IMG/VR virus record: IMGVR_UViG_3300005611_000001
DNA length: 64,000 bases
Origin: a virus
Taxonomy: Duplodnaviria > Caudoviricetes
Strand: one strand, 5' to 3'
The notes beneath the pieces were generated by a model that worked only from the letters and a program-made list of their open reading frames with translations, searched no databases and was not told the DNA's origin. Made by a program: the position numbers and the translations under genes. Shown in pieces: positions 43,278 through 55,100 of this stretch; within the stretch, counting starts at the first letter, position 1; each line of letters starts with the position of its first letter.

Positions 43278-45065
43278 ATGGCAACCACCATTAAGTCAAC
43301 AGAACTAGACTTTAATACAATCAAGAACAATTTGAAACTGTTCTTATCTCAGAAGCCTGAGTTCGCCGACTATAACTTTGAAGCATCTGGTCTGTCGAAT
43401 CTATTAGATGTCCTAGCGTACAACACTCACTACAATGCTTTGCTTGCTAATTTTGCATTGAACGAGTCTTTTCTCAGCACAGCACAGCTAAGATCGTCGC
43501 TTGTTGGGCTTGCAGGAAGTCTAGGTTATAATGTTGGTTCTAGAAAAGCTTCTTTTGCAGTGGTAAATTTAAGCGTAACAAATCCAAGCAATCCTTCTAG
43601 TATGACAATGCCTGCAGGAACAACATTTACGACTACAATCAATAACAAGAGCTATACTTTTCAAACAAGAGATTCTTTGAGAGCGACTAACGATGGGTCG
43701 AATGTTTATAACTTCACGCTAGGTGGCAATAGAAACATTCCAATTTATGAAGGTGTTTCAAAAACAAAAACGTTCATTGCAGGTCCTACAAACGAAAATG
43801 ATACTTATGTAATACCAGTAACAAATCTTGATCTTGACACCGTGGTCGTTAAAGTTTACACCAGTCTTACGTCAAACAACTATTTACTGTACACAAACAT
43901 CATCGATGCTACAACCATCGATCAAACGTCAAGAATCTATGTAATGAAAGAATCGCCAAACGGCTATTACGAATTGACATTTGGTAACGGTGTGCGTTTA
44001 GGGCAAAGCCCATCTGCGGGTGATAAAATAGAAGTGACTTACACAACAGTGGCAGGTCCTGAAGCGAACGGTGGGCGAACTTTCACACCGACAGGAACAC
44101 TTGACGGCAGAACAATCAATGTAACAACTACGTCTGTTTCGACTAACGGCTCGTACAAAGAAGAAATTGAATCGATTCGAAAGAACGCTCCTTTCCAGTG
44201 GGCTGCACAGAATCGAATGGTGACAGCAGAAGACTATGCAGCACTGACTCTTCGTAATTTTTCGAATGTAATCAATGATATCAAAACTTGGGGTGGAGAA
44301 GAACACACCACACCAAAATATGGTACCGTCTTTATGTCGATAGTTTTTGACACTGATGATACAACAGTAATTGAGAATACAAAAAGTTCAATTACGACTT
44401 TAGGCAAAGATTTGTCTGTCGCTTCGTTTAATATCGAATTTGTCGATCCTGTCGAAACATATCTTGAAGTTTCTACTGTTTTCCAATTCAATCCAAATCT
44501 TTCTTCTCTTTCACAGACAGCGATTGAAGACGCAGTAAAACTTACAATGCAAACATATTTCGACACAAACGTTGGTGGATTTAATCAGTCTTTCCGTCGC
44601 TCAAGATTGTTAACGGACATCGATGCAACAGACGATGCGATTTTATCAAGCCGTGCTGATATCAAAATGCAAAATAGATTTGTTCCCAATGCTTTAGCAC
44701 CTCTGCAGACTATCTATTTCCCAGCAGCAATTTCTGCGCCTGATGATGTCAATAGAATTATTGAATCAGAGACGTTCTTCTATAACGGTAAAGTCTGCAA
44801 TCTTAAAAATAAGTTAGAAAGTGATGTGTTGCAAGTCATTGAAGTTGCTACCGGTTTGCCTTTGGTTGATAATGTAGGAACTTATTCTGCGACAGACGGC
44901 ACGCTAAGTCTTGTGAACTTTACCGGCACTTTAATTTCTGGTAATCATTTTAAAATCACTGCAATTCCAGCGAACCAATCTGTGATCAACCCTCTGAGAA
45001 ATAATATTCTTACTTATGATGCTCAAGCCTCTAGAGCAAGAGCCGTTCTCACAGATACTGTATAA
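43278..45065 (+). CDS. gp6: baseplate wedge gp6
   Basis: ELDFNTIKNNLK.FL, DYNFEASGLS.LLDVLAYNTHYN, ESIR.NAP..W.AQNRMVTAEDY. Confidence 0.93.
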   Translation: MATTIKSTELDFNTIKNNLKLFLSQKPEFADYNFEASGLSNLLDVLAYNTHYNALLANFALNESFLSTAQLRSSLVGLAGSLGYNVGSRKASFAVVNLSVTNPSNPSSMTMPAGTTFTTTINNKSYTFQTRDSLRATNDGSNVYNFTLGGNRNIPIYEGVSKTKTFIAGPTNENDTYVIPVTNLDLDTVVVKVYTSLTSNNYLLYTNIIDATTIDQTSRIYVMKESPNGYYELTFGNGVRLGQSPSAGDKIEVTYTTVAGPEANGGRTFTPTGTLDGRTINVTTTSVSTNGSYKEEIESIRKNAPFQWAAQNRMVTAEDYAALTLRNFSNVINDIKTWGGEEHTTPKYGTVFMSIVFDTDDTTVIENTKSSITTLGKDLSVASFNIEFVDPVETYLEVSTVFQFNPNLSSLSQTAIEDAVKLTMQTYFDTNVGGFNQSFRRSRLLTDIDATDDAILSSRADIKMQNRFVPNALAPLQTIYFPAAISAPDDVNRIIESETFFYNGKVCNLKNKLESDVLQVIEVATGLPLVDNVGTYSATDGTLSLVNFTGTLISGNHFKITAIPANQSVINPLRNNILTYDAQASRARAVLTDTV

Positions 45066-45068
45066 ATA
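45061..45068 (+). promoter_or_regulatory. T4-type late promoter
   Basis: TATAAATA before gp8. Confidence 0.85.
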
Positions 45069-45095
45069 AGATAACTTCAGATAGAGAATTAAACC

Positions 45096-46451
45096 ATGAC
45101 AGCATCCGTTACAAATAGCTTAAGATCATATCTGTTGAATCTTTTTAAAAAAGATATCGACAGTGATGGGATTGGTTATTACATTGGTATTTCTAAATCA
45201 GAACCTATCACTGCAGAAGATGCAATTACAACGGCAACGGTTGCTTCTATAAACAATCAAACAAAATTTCGTCACACTCTACAATCTGTAAAAGTTTTGA
45301 GTAATGCTTCGTTTGTTGTTCCCACAGTTACTTGGGAAGCTGACGCTGTTTATGAAGCATACGACAATAACAATCCTTTTCAAACAGATTTCTATGTGGT
45401 GAATTCTCTTCGTGAAGTTTTTCTTTGTGTCGAACAGGGAAAAAGACCAGATGGAAGCGCACAGCCTGCGTTTTCAGAGCCAGTAGCAGTAGCAGCAAGC
45501 GGGCAAGCAAAGACATTTAGAACTTCTGATGATTATCTTTGGAAGTACATGTATAAGATGAGCAATCTTGCTTATGGAACTTTTAGAACAGCCTCGTTCA
45601 CGCCAGTAAAAAGAATTACAAATCTCAGCACAACAATTCCAGAAGAAATTGAACAAATTCGACTTCAAGACAGTTCTGTCGGTGGAGAAATTCTAAACAT
45701 TGCAATTGACAGTGGCGGCAGAAATTATACTAATGCTACAGTCACCATTGACGGAAATGGAACAAACGCACAATTTGTTGCTGACATTGTAGATAATCGT
45801 ATCGTAAATATTCGATGCGATTCAAATGGCTTTGGTGGTTATTTGCACGGCTCTGGTTATGATTATGCTAAAGTTACTGTTACTGATCCTGGCGGTGGTG
45901 CTGGTGCTAAACTCAGAGCAGTCATTTCACCCAAGCTTGGCGTGACTTACGATCCTGCTGAGACTTTAAAGTCAAGACAATTGATGTTGCAAACTGATTT
46001 TATTGGCAATGAAAACGCATCTATTGTCACAGGCGACACTGAATTCTATCAAGTGGGTATTATTCAAGGGCTTCAAAAATTTGGTGTAGATTCTGCTTTT
46101 GTAGGTAATACAGCAAGCGCATTAAAAAGAATGGAACTTACTACTGTTCTAGGCTCTTGGTTCGATGATGGGCTGTTTACAAATGCTCTAGAAACAGTTA
46201 CAGCAAAGATTTTTCATCTTGACGCAAGCACACTTTATTATTATCAAGACGAAGAAACTGGATTTGGTTCTTTCACGGTCGGCGAAGAGCTTGTCAATCC
46301 AGAAGGCGGTACTGCAGAAATTGTTACTTTAACAAATCCTACAGTTGATGCTTATTCTGGTGATATTCTATACATAAATACACTTGACACTGCGATCACT
46401 CGCGAAAACGCTCAAACCGAAGACATTCGAATAGTTATTCAGTTAGGATAA
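45096..46451 (+). CDS. gp8: baseplate wedge gp8
   Basis: FYVVNS..EVFLC, D.YLWKYMY, YSGDILYI, EDIRIVIQ. Confidence 0.85.
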   Translation: MTASVTNSLRSYLLNLFKKDIDSDGIGYYIGISKSEPITAEDAITTATVASINNQTKFRHTLQSVKVLSNASFVVPTVTWEADAVYEAYDNNNPFQTDFYVVNSLREVFLCVEQGKRPDGSAQPAFSEPVAVAASGQAKTFRTSDDYLWKYMYKMSNLAYGTFRTASFTPVKRITNLSTTIPEEIEQIRLQDSSVGGEILNIAIDSGGRNYTNATVTIDGNGTNAQFVADIVDNRIVNIRCDSNGFGGYLHGSGYDYAKVTVTDPGGGAGAKLRAVISPKLGVTYDPAETLKSRQLMLQTDFIGNENASIVTGDTEFYQVGIIQGLQKFGVDSAFVGNTASALKRMELTTVLGSWFDDGLFTNALETVTAKIFHLDASTLYYYQDEETGFGSFTVGEELVNPEGGTAEIVTLTNPTVDAYSGDILYINTLDTAITRENAQTEDIRIVIQLG

Positions 46452-46454
46452 AAC

Positions 46455-49400
46455 ATGGCGACACAATTTACTTCTAGTACGTTATCTGGCATTTATAATG
46501 ACGATTGGTCAGAAGCAGATAACTATCACCAGATTCTATTCAATAATGGAAGAGCGCTTCAAGCACGAGAGTTGACGCAGCTTCAGACCATAATTTTCAA
46601 TGAGCTTGGTCGTCTTGGAAAAAACATTTTCAAAGAAGGTGCGACGCTTTCTGCTGGCGGCATTGCAGTAAACGCAGACTATGAGTATATCAAAGTTTCT
46701 GCGACAAATGCTGGTGGTGCTTTTGCGAGTATTCCTGTAGGTACAGTTTTTAAGAATCCTAATACAAACGTTGAAGCAAGAGTATTAGAAGTCAAGCCTC
46801 GTGATGGCGTCAACTTCATTCTTGATACTCTTTATGTTCAGTATATTAACAGTGGTGCTAGCGCAATTGGTTCGACTCCGACTAGATTTGGAGACGGTGA
46901 TGTTCTGTTTGATCAGTCTGGCGGTGGTTATCAGATTACAACAGAAACACCAAATGCTACAGGAAAAGGCGTAAGATTTACAGTAGGCGAAGGCGACTTC
47001 TTTATCATGGGTCACTTCGTTCACACACAAGAACAATCGCTTATTCTTTCGCCGTACACTGAAATTGCAAATGCAACTGTTGGTTTTAAAGTAATTCAAG
47101 AAGTTGTTACTGTCAACGATAACAGCGCACTTTTCGACAATGCTAGCGGTATTGTAAATACAGCGTCACCTGGCGCTGATCGATATCGCATCAGTCTTGT
47201 ACTCACAACACAAGATCAAATTGCTTCGGACGAAACCTTTGTTTTTATTGCAACGGTTGAAAATTCTAAAGTTACAGAAGAAATTGAAGAGAATGATGCA
47301 TATAACAAGATTGAAGAATTTGTTGCTCTAAGAACAAAAGAAGAATCTGGAAATTATGTAGTCAATCCTTTTGTCATCAACGTTCAAGATGCAGTAGTTG
47401 GTGACTCTAGCCTTGAGCTTGTGGTGTCTCCTGGGCTTGCGTATATCAACGGATATAGAATAAGCAAGTCTTCGTCTACAAAACTTAATATCCCTCGTCC
47501 ACAGCAAACAGAGACCGTTGCCAACGATGTTGTGCCCATTGTCTATGGAAATTATTTCATTTCTGATAGCAATAGAGGTCTTCCAAATCTTGACGCAACA
47601 CAAGTAAACGTGTATAATGCTTTTGGTGCCGGCGGCTCAGCTATAGGAACTGCTAGAATACGCGCAGTTCAAAAAGATGGTGCTAATCATCGTGTGTATG
47701 TGTTCGATATTAGCGTCGATTCTGATCAAAGCTTGCGTGATGCAAAGAGCATTGGTACAGGCGCAACAGACATCTTCAATCTCGTTCGCGAAGCTGACGG
47801 TGCTAAACTTTATGGGGTGACAGACAATGATCTTCTGTTCCCAACTTCACGCCCTCGCCCTGAATCTTTTGCTGATGTCATTCTAACAAAACAAATTCAT
47901 GAAGGTAGCCTTGTCGCTGACGGTAGCGGAATCATTACTCTGCAAACTCTTTCTTCTGGGCAAGCTTATACAGACACAACTCTTTGGGTTGTTGCTTCTG
48001 CTGATTCTTCTGCAAGGGCTCACACTGTAGGCGCACCCACGAACAGTGGGCGTGACGTTCAAATTTCTGGCCTTGTTGCAGGTAAAACTTACGAGGTTCT
48101 CTCGTATGTTCAAAAGACTGCTACAAGAAAGGCAAAGACACTCACCACAGCAACTGCAACTCTTCCGAAGCAAACTGACACTGTTAATAACATCACTTAC
48201 TACGAATTTACAGTGCCTGATATCTTCGAAGTTGATTCTGCGAAAGCGAATAGCTCGTCAGGCATCAACATGCTTCCAAGTCTTCTTCTTGATGACGGTC
48301 AGCGCGATAACTTCTATGCGAAGGGTCGTCTGATTATGAATCCTGCGGACAGCGCGCCGCCTAATCTTTTTGTTAATTATCGTTACTTTGCGCGTGGCGC
48401 TGGTGGCGATTTCTTTGATGCAACTTCTTATGGTAATGTGCCTGTTGCATACAAAGACATTCCTAATCATGTGCAAAAAGACGGTACGATTGTAAATCTG
48501 CGCAATTATCTGGATTTCAGACCTGACGAAACTTCGTTTGGCTCAGCGTCTGCCATTTTCGATCTGCCAAGAAATGGTGATAATATCACTGCAGATGTTA
48601 GCTATTATCTACCTCGTGCTGACAAGCTTCTTCTGACACAAGAAGGTGAATTCCAAATTCTGTTGGGGCAGCAAGCTGGTAATCCTCAGTATAAGCCAAC
48701 ACCTGATAATGCTCTTGAAGTCTACAAAATTCTATTAAATGCAAACACTCTTGATGAGAATGACCTCAAAGTTACGCCTGTTGAGCATAAGCATTACACG
48801 ATGGCAGATATTGCCAAGATTGAAGCCAAGCTTGATGATCTTGAAGAGTATACAACACTCAGTCTGCTTGAGCTTGAGCAGAAGCTGAATGCTGCGCTTG
48901 ACAGTGATGGCATTGAGCGTGTTGAAAGTGGTTCACAAGTCGACGACTTTAGTGATCAGACTGGTGCTGATACAAAGAATCCTGACTATGCGGCTGCAAT
49001 CGATCCGGAAAGTAAACTCATTCGCCCAATGATTGACGAAGACAACATTCGTCTCATCATTGACAATACGCTTTCTTCAAATATTCTTAAGAAAGGCGAC
49101 AATGTTTACATCAACTACGACTCTGCTGAGTGGGCAGTGCAGTCTCTTGCTTCTCGCTCTGTTAAGATCAATCCGTTTGGTCTTGTCGACAACGTTGGTA
49201 CGATCAAGCTTTCGCCGACATCTGACGAATGGAAAGAGTCCGTTCAAGAAGCAGAGAAAGCAGTATCAGGTTCGGGAAGACTAGATCGTAAACAAGCGCT
49301 TCTTTGGAACAACTGGTCTTGGAACTGGTTTGGGCGTAGTCTAGAAAATATTGAGTTTGACTATGCACAAATTCGTTCGCCTAATCCAAGAATTCGTCAA

Positions 49401-51845
49401 CGCGCATTGCTAGACTTGCGTGAGCAATATTCTTCTAGCTATACACTTCAGAAGAGAGAAAATTCTAATAGCGGTCGCTTCGTATCTCGTGTTGCGCCTT
49501 CTGATACACTTCGTCAGACAATTGGTAAGCGCATTGTTGACCTTGCTCTGATCCCATGGATTCGTTCTAGAAAGATTTATTTCCATGCGAAGGGGCTTAA
49601 GCCTAACACCAGATTTACACCATTCTTTGATGGTGAGAAAGTGACGCAATGGTGTCGTCAAGAAGTGACCTTTGTTCAGTATTCTGATCGCACAGACGAT
49701 GCTGGTAACCAACGTACACACCAAGCAATCACTGCACACCCAAGTGGATCTACCAGCCTTATCTCTGATGAGAACGGTGAGATCATTGGTTCTTTCTTTG
49801 TGCCTAACATTCGCCCTCAGTATTATCTGCCTAAAATCAATCAGAGCGCAAGATTAAAAGCACAAAACGAACGTTATCGTTCCGGTATTCGCGAATTCAA
49901 ACTGCTTGATATTGATACAAACGATTGGGCTGCTGCAGGTAGTAAAGCATTTACTTATTACTCTGCGAGCGGTACTGTCTGGAATCAAATTACTAATTTG
50001 AATTCAACTCGCCCAAGTGAGTACAATTGGCCGATTCCTTATTGGGCGAACTTCCCGCAGTCTTTCAGTTCTAAAGAACTACAAAACTATGTAAATCAGG
50101 TTCGCGAAGCTGAAGTTAAGCTGGTCGATCCTAAACTATCTGGTAAGTATGGTCCTGGCGCTGGTGCTCTGTCTGTTGCTGCTCTTCGCGGGCTTGACAA
50201 CACTGGGCAAATGTCGCAAGTTCTTTCTGACTATATCGACGTAGATCAGAATCAGTTTGCGTCTAATATTGTTTCGACAATGACTGCGCCTCAGAATCCA
50301 ATGGCACAGACTTTCTATGTCGACAATCAATTTGGTGTTGTGTTGACGAGTGTGCAGTTGTATTTCAGAACGAAGGACACTGGTAATCTTCCTGTTTCAA
50401 TTCATCTGCGCCCCGTAGTAAATGGTCGCCCGTCGAATCACGAGATAATTCCAGATTCTCATGTGTATTTGAATCCTGGCCAAGTAACAGCAATTGGTAC
50501 TAATCCAACTCTATCGGTGATTCAAGAAAGACCTACTACATTCACCTTTACTGAGCCTGTCTATCTTGATCCATGGACTCACTACGCAATTGTTGTGAGT
50601 TCACAATCTACTGAGTATGAGCTATTCAGCGCGAAGACTCAAGAGCCTGTGTTCGGTTCTACGTCTAGAATCGTTACAACTCAGCCTGCACCTGGATCAC
50701 TCTTCTTGCCTCAGAATGGTATGTTCTGGGTTGAGACTAAAGACCAAGACCTTATGTTCAAGTTGAAGCGCGCAAGCTTTGATCTTGGCGGCGCGAGTTT
50801 GATTCTTAAGAATGCAAACTTACCTGCTAAACTTCTGAACAGCAACCCTCTGCAGACATACAGTGGCACTAGAAAAGTTTATGTGCACCAAATGTGTCAC
50901 GGGCTTGAGCCTGGCGATTTAGCGTTTATCGACAGCGCAGAGAATATTGCTGGAATTACAGCGTCAACTTATCTCAACGGCAGTCATGTAGTTGATTCTG
51001 CTGACATTCATGGATTCACTTTCAGATATGATTCTGTCGGACCAGTTGCCAACAGTTCTTCAATTGGTGGCGGTGACAAGGTGCTTTCTCGTAGAAATGT
51101 AATCTTTAATGTGACCAACCCTTACATTGAGACTGTGATTCCTAACAATACTTCTATTGATGTTTCTGCTAAATTTACTGAAGGCAAAAACATTTCTAGT
51201 ACAAGAATCACTGCTTCAGGTCGTTGGACACAAGACGAAGAATATTCGCGTGTGACTCCAAGACAGAATGTCGAGTTTGCAACACCAAAAGCAATTTACA
51301 ATGTTGCTGCTGAAACATTAAATCTTGGTGCAGGCGTTGCTTCGGCTTATGTCAAAGTGGACCTAAAGACAGCAAACAACTATGTTTCTCCTGTTGTTGA
51401 TCTGCAAAGAGCATCACTTGTTCTTGTTGGTTTCTGTCAAGACAACCCTGATGTCACACCACACATCAATCCAGTCGCTGAAACTCAACCATCGGGTGGT
51501 ACAACTGGATCGAAACACATCACTGCGCCTGTGTTCCTCGATCAAGATGCTGTTGGTATTGAAGCACGAGCGCTCGTGAACATCCCTGACGCTGCTGATA
51601 TTGTAATGTATTATCGCACAGCGTCTGCGGATGAAAACATCTATGAAAAGTATTGGAAAGTTCAATCTCCTGTAGATGACATTCCTTTTGATAATAGCAT
51701 AAGATATCGTGACGCACAATGGCTTGCTGGCGGAAAAGGTGGTACTTTGAAACCATTCAATCAAGTGCAGGTTAAATTCGTGCTTAAAGGTGCTGATGCT
51801 GCACCTTCAATGAGAAATTTGAGACTTCGTTATCTGGCGGTGTAA
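46455..51845 (+). CDS. large virion structural / fibre protein (VrlC-like, DUF4815-type)
   Basis: YNDD....NY.QILF..GRALQARELTQLQ, ASPGADRY, RT.EESGNY, YYLPR.DK, YTM.DI.K. Confidence 0.85.
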   Translation: MATQFTSSTLSGIYNDDWSEADNYHQILFNNGRALQARELTQLQTIIFNELGRLGKNIFKEGATLSAGGIAVNADYEYIKVSATNAGGAFASIPVGTVFKNPNTNVEARVLEVKPRDGVNFILDTLYVQYINSGASAIGSTPTRFGDGDVLFDQSGGGYQITTETPNATGKGVRFTVGEGDFFIMGHFVHTQEQSLILSPYTEIANATVGFKVIQEVVTVNDNSALFDNASGIVNTASPGADRYRISLVLTTQDQIASDETFVFIATVENSKVTEEIEENDAYNKIEEFVALRTKEESGNYVVNPFVINVQDAVVGDSSLELVVSPGLAYINGYRISKSSSTKLNIPRPQQTETVANDVVPIVYGNYFISDSNRGLPNLDATQVNVYNAFGAGGSAIGTARIRAVQKDGANHRVYVFDISVDSDQSLRDAKSIGTGATDIFNLVREADGAKLYGVTDNDLLFPTSRPRPESFADVILTKQIHEGSLVADGSGIITLQTLSSGQAYTDTTLWVVASADSSARAHTVGAPTNSGRDVQISGLVAGKTYEVLSYVQKTATRKAKTLTTATATLPKQTDTVNNITYYEFTVPDIFEVDSAKANSSSGINMLPSLLLDDGQRDNFYAKGRLIMNPADSAPPNLFVNYRYFARGAGGDFFDATSYGNVPVAYKDIPNHVQKDGTIVNLRNYLDFRPDETSFGSASAIFDLPRNGDNITADVSYYLPRADKLLLTQEGEFQILLGQQAGNPQYKPTPDNALEVYKILLNANTLDENDLKVTPVEHKHYTMADIAKIEAKLDDLEEYTTLSLLELEQKLNAALDSDGIERVESGSQVDDFSDQTGADTKNPDYAAAIDPESKLIRPMIDEDNIRLIIDNTLSSNILKKGDNVYINYDSAEWAVQSLASRSVKINPFGLVDNVGTIKLSPTSDEWKESVQEAEKAVSGSGRLDRKQALLWNNWSWNWFGRSLENIEFDYAQIRSPNPRIRQRALLDLREQYSSSYTLQKRENSNSGRFVSRVAPSDTLRQTIGKRIVDLALIPWIRSRKIYFHAKGLKPNTRFTPFFDGEKVTQWCRQEVTFVQYSDRTDDAGNQRTHQAITAHPSGSTSLISDENGEIIGSFFVPNIRPQYYLPKINQSARLKAQNERYRSGIREFKLLDIDTNDWAAAGSKAFTYYSASGTVWNQITNLNSTRPSEYNWPIPYWANFPQSFSSKELQNYVNQVREAEVKLVDPKLSGKYGPGAGALSVAALRGLDNTGQMSQVLSDYIDVDQNQFASNIVSTMTAPQNPMAQTFYVDNQFGVVLTSVQLYFRTKDTGNLPVSIHLRPVVNGRPSNHEIIPDSHVYLNPGQVTAIGTNPTLSVIQERPTTFTFTEPVYLDPWTHYAIVVSSQSTEYELFSAKTQEPVFGSTSRIVTTQPAPGSLFLPQNGMFWVETKDQDLMFKLKRASFDLGGASLILKNANLPAKLLNSNPLQTYSGTRKVYVHQMCHGLEPGDLAFIDSAENIAGITASTYLNGSHVVDSADIHGFTFRYDSVGPVANSSSIGGGDKVLSRRNVIFNVTNPYIETVIPNNTSIDVSAKFTEGKNISSTRITASGRWTQDEEYSRVTPRQNVEFATPKAIYNVAAETLNLGAGVASAYVKVDLKTANNYVSPVVDLQRASLVLVGFCQDNPDVTPHINPVAETQPSGGTTGSKHITAPVFLDQDAVGIEARALVNIPDAADIVMYYRTASADENIYEKYWKVQSPVDDIPFDNSIRYRDAQWLAGGKGGTLKPFNQVQVKFVLKGADAAPSMRNLRLRYLAV

Positions 51846-52076
51846 ATGTCTAAATATGTACCAGTGAAAGGCTACTCTGGCTTAGTTCGTGATACAGAAA
51901 CAAATGCACTCATAAATACTAGTGTTTCTGAGATCGAACAAGCCAGAGAGCGAAAAAAACTAAAACAACAAAAACGACAACAAGAGAACGCATTAAGTTT
52001 AAAAGTCGAGCAAATAGAAAATGATGTTTGTGAAATAAAAAATATGCTCAAGACTTTGCTTGAAAAAAACTTATAA
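51846..52076 (+). CDS. small conserved coiled-coil protein
   Basis: V.G...LVRD.ETNALIN..., typical follower of VrlC-like genes. Confidence 0.75.
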   Translation: MSKYVPVKGYSGLVRDTETNALINTSVSEIEQARERKKLKQQKRQQENALSLKVEQIENDVCEIKNMLKTLLEKNL

Positions 52077-52079
52077 ATA
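52072..52079 (+). promoter_or_regulatory. T4-type late promoter
   Basis: TATAAATA before the giant ORF. Confidence 0.85.
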
Positions 52080-52111
52080 GATTACACCAGTCCTGATTTG
52101 TAGAGATTTTA

Positions 52112-55100
52112 ATGCCAGTACGCCCACTAAAACACTTAAATGCAGGCGCGCTCAAAGAACTTCTGATTTCTGAAGAAGATTATCTTGCATATCGTGCCGG
52201 TGTTCATTTAGGTAAAATGAACATCGAAAGCGCTGCTGCATTGTCGCAAGACACGCGCGGCGAATTAGTGGGTATTTTCGAAGATACTTTCTATGGTTCT
52301 GGTTCTGGACCAGTGACAGGGCAGACATATGCTAGAGCATATTCTGTCACACATCTTTCTGATCAGTCTAGTGCGCATCAGGTCACAATTGAAGAGCCTA
52401 TAACACCTTTACCATCAACAGTAAATGTTAACGATTCGCTTGCAATTACTGTGTCTGGTAATGCGATTAGCACTGGTACTGGATATGAAGAAATTGAATA
52501 TCAGCTAGGCTTGTCTGGTACTGCAAGCTATAGCATTACAAGTGTATCTACAACACCTGCAGCAACAAACGTTGCTGGTCTTCAAGCTTCTTGGGAAGAT
52601 TATGCGACCGGAAGTCTTTCTGGTTCGTATGAAGCGACGTTTACTATTCAATTTACAGCTTCTGGTACCGTTAACGTTACGCTGAACGCATCTTCTACTG
52701 ACATAGAAAACGCTGCTCCTGGTGCTTCTGACAGTCATAACTTTTCTACAATAAGTGTACAGCCAGGTGTTCAACCAATCGCGCTTGGTACTGTCAGCGA
52801 AATTTATCAAAACAAAGTTGAAGACTATCCTCTTGATTTGACGAACAATCTCGTTCGCAACCCTTTCTATTGGGATACCTCTAGAAATGGTTTGAAAGAA
52901 ATGAGTGGCGCTGAGCTTGATGTTGTGTGCGAGCGTCTTGTTAAGAAAATCATGGCAAATGAAATGCCAGGTTCTTTCAGACTTTCTGCGTTTTCTCCTG
53001 GTGCTGATTGGCAAGTTTTTCTAGAAGATGTCTTCACTGATACCAGAGGTGACGGTACTACTTTCGACTATTCTATTTGGATTAGAACAAGTGGAACTGC
53101 ACCAACTCCTGTTAAACCAGTAGGTCCTGTCCGCACAAATAATATTTTCTCAGGAATTCGTGAATTAAGCGATCTTGAAACAGAATACACTTTCGGCGAA
53201 AGAATGAAGAAAGTGATTATGGACACTGGGATCGGCACATATGAAATGCGAAAGTCTGGTGACGGTCCTCCTACCGCACCAGGCACTTGGGTCGCAAGAG
53301 GTAGTGCTGTAGATACTCGTCAATCGTTTGCTGCTGGCGCTTCATACGAAGGCACTTCAACTTATGAAGTCCCTTATAATACTGATTATGCAGGAACTTA
53401 CACTGGTGATTATTCTGGGAATTATACTCCAAATTATGAAGGAACTTATGTAAACGAGTATTCTCCTCAGTATACAGATTCTTATACTGGCGATTATACT
53501 GGTGATTATACTGGAACGTTTGAAGGTGATTATGTAGAAACCTACACTGGTAATTTCTTGCAACAGTATACACAAGATTATACTGGTGATTATGTTGGCT
53601 CTTACACACCAACTTATGCTGGTACTGACATTGAAGAGCCATATACAACACCGTACGAAGGTCTAGAATCCGAAGAACAGTACACTGTAGATTTTGAGAC
53701 AGCAAACTATACCGGGAACTTTATCGAAGAATATTCTGGTGATTTCACTACGAATTACACAGGCGATTATGTTGCTACATACGTTGAAGAATTGTATGCA
53801 GGTAATTACGTCTCTGAATATACTGGTGATTATGAGTCACCATACACAGGCAACTTCTTAGAGACTTACGTCGATGATCAGTATACAGGCAACTATGAGT
53901 CTGACTATACTGGTGACTATGAATCTGCTTATACTGGAGATTTCACAGAAACGTATGTCGACGATCAGTACACGGGAGATTTTCTTCAGGAATATACTGG
54001 TGACTTTCTAACACAATATGTTGGTGATTTTCTTGAGACTTATGTTCAAGAGCAATATACTGGTGATTTTTCTGACACATACACTGACGACTTGTACACT
54101 GGTAATTTCTTAGAAAATTACACTGGTGATTATGAGTCTAATTACGCAACACAGTTTCAAGAGACCTATGTTGATGATCAGTACACAGGTAACTTCTTAG
54201 AAAACTACACTGGTGATTACGAGTCTGATTACACTGGTGATTTTACCGAAAATTATATTGACGATACTTACATCGGCAATTTTACCGAAGTATACACTGG
54301 TGATTATGTATCTGCATACGCTGGTGATTATATATCGAACTACATTGATGATCAATATACAGGAAATTATATTGACGCTTACACCGGCGACTTTACTGTA
54401 GTTTACAGTGGTGACTTCGAAACAAACTATGTCGATGAAATATATGCCGGTAACTTTGTAGAAGTTTACTCAGGTGATTTTACCGATAGCTATATTACAA
54501 GCTATGTCGAGACATATCTTCAAGCAGACTATACTGGTAATTATCAGTCTCCATATACTGGCGATTTCATCGAGACTTACACTGGCAACTTTGAGACGAA
54601 TTACACTCAAGAAATTTATTCTGGTGACTTTGAATCTACCTATGCTGGCGACTATGAATCTACATACACTGGTAATTATACCAGTGATTATGAAGTTGCG
54701 CCATATACAGGTGATTATCTAACAGACTACACCGGCGACTTCATCGAAACTTATACTGGTGAATTCATCGAAAACTATGTCGATGATCAGTATTCTGGTG
54801 ACTATGAATCTGCGTACACTGGTGATTTTCTTGAAACATATACTGGTGATTTTGCTCAAAACTTTATTGATGCAGTCTATACTGGTGATTACGAGTCTCC
54901 ATACACTGGCGATTTTACAGAATCGTTCGAAGGTCAATACACCGGTGATTATGAATCGTCATACACAGGTAACTTCTTAGAGACATATAGTGGTGATTAT
55001 GTAACCTCTTTTGCTGGTAATTATATCACTGATTATACAGTAGATTACACTGGTAATTTCATTGAAGAATATATCGACGATATTTACACTGGCGACTACG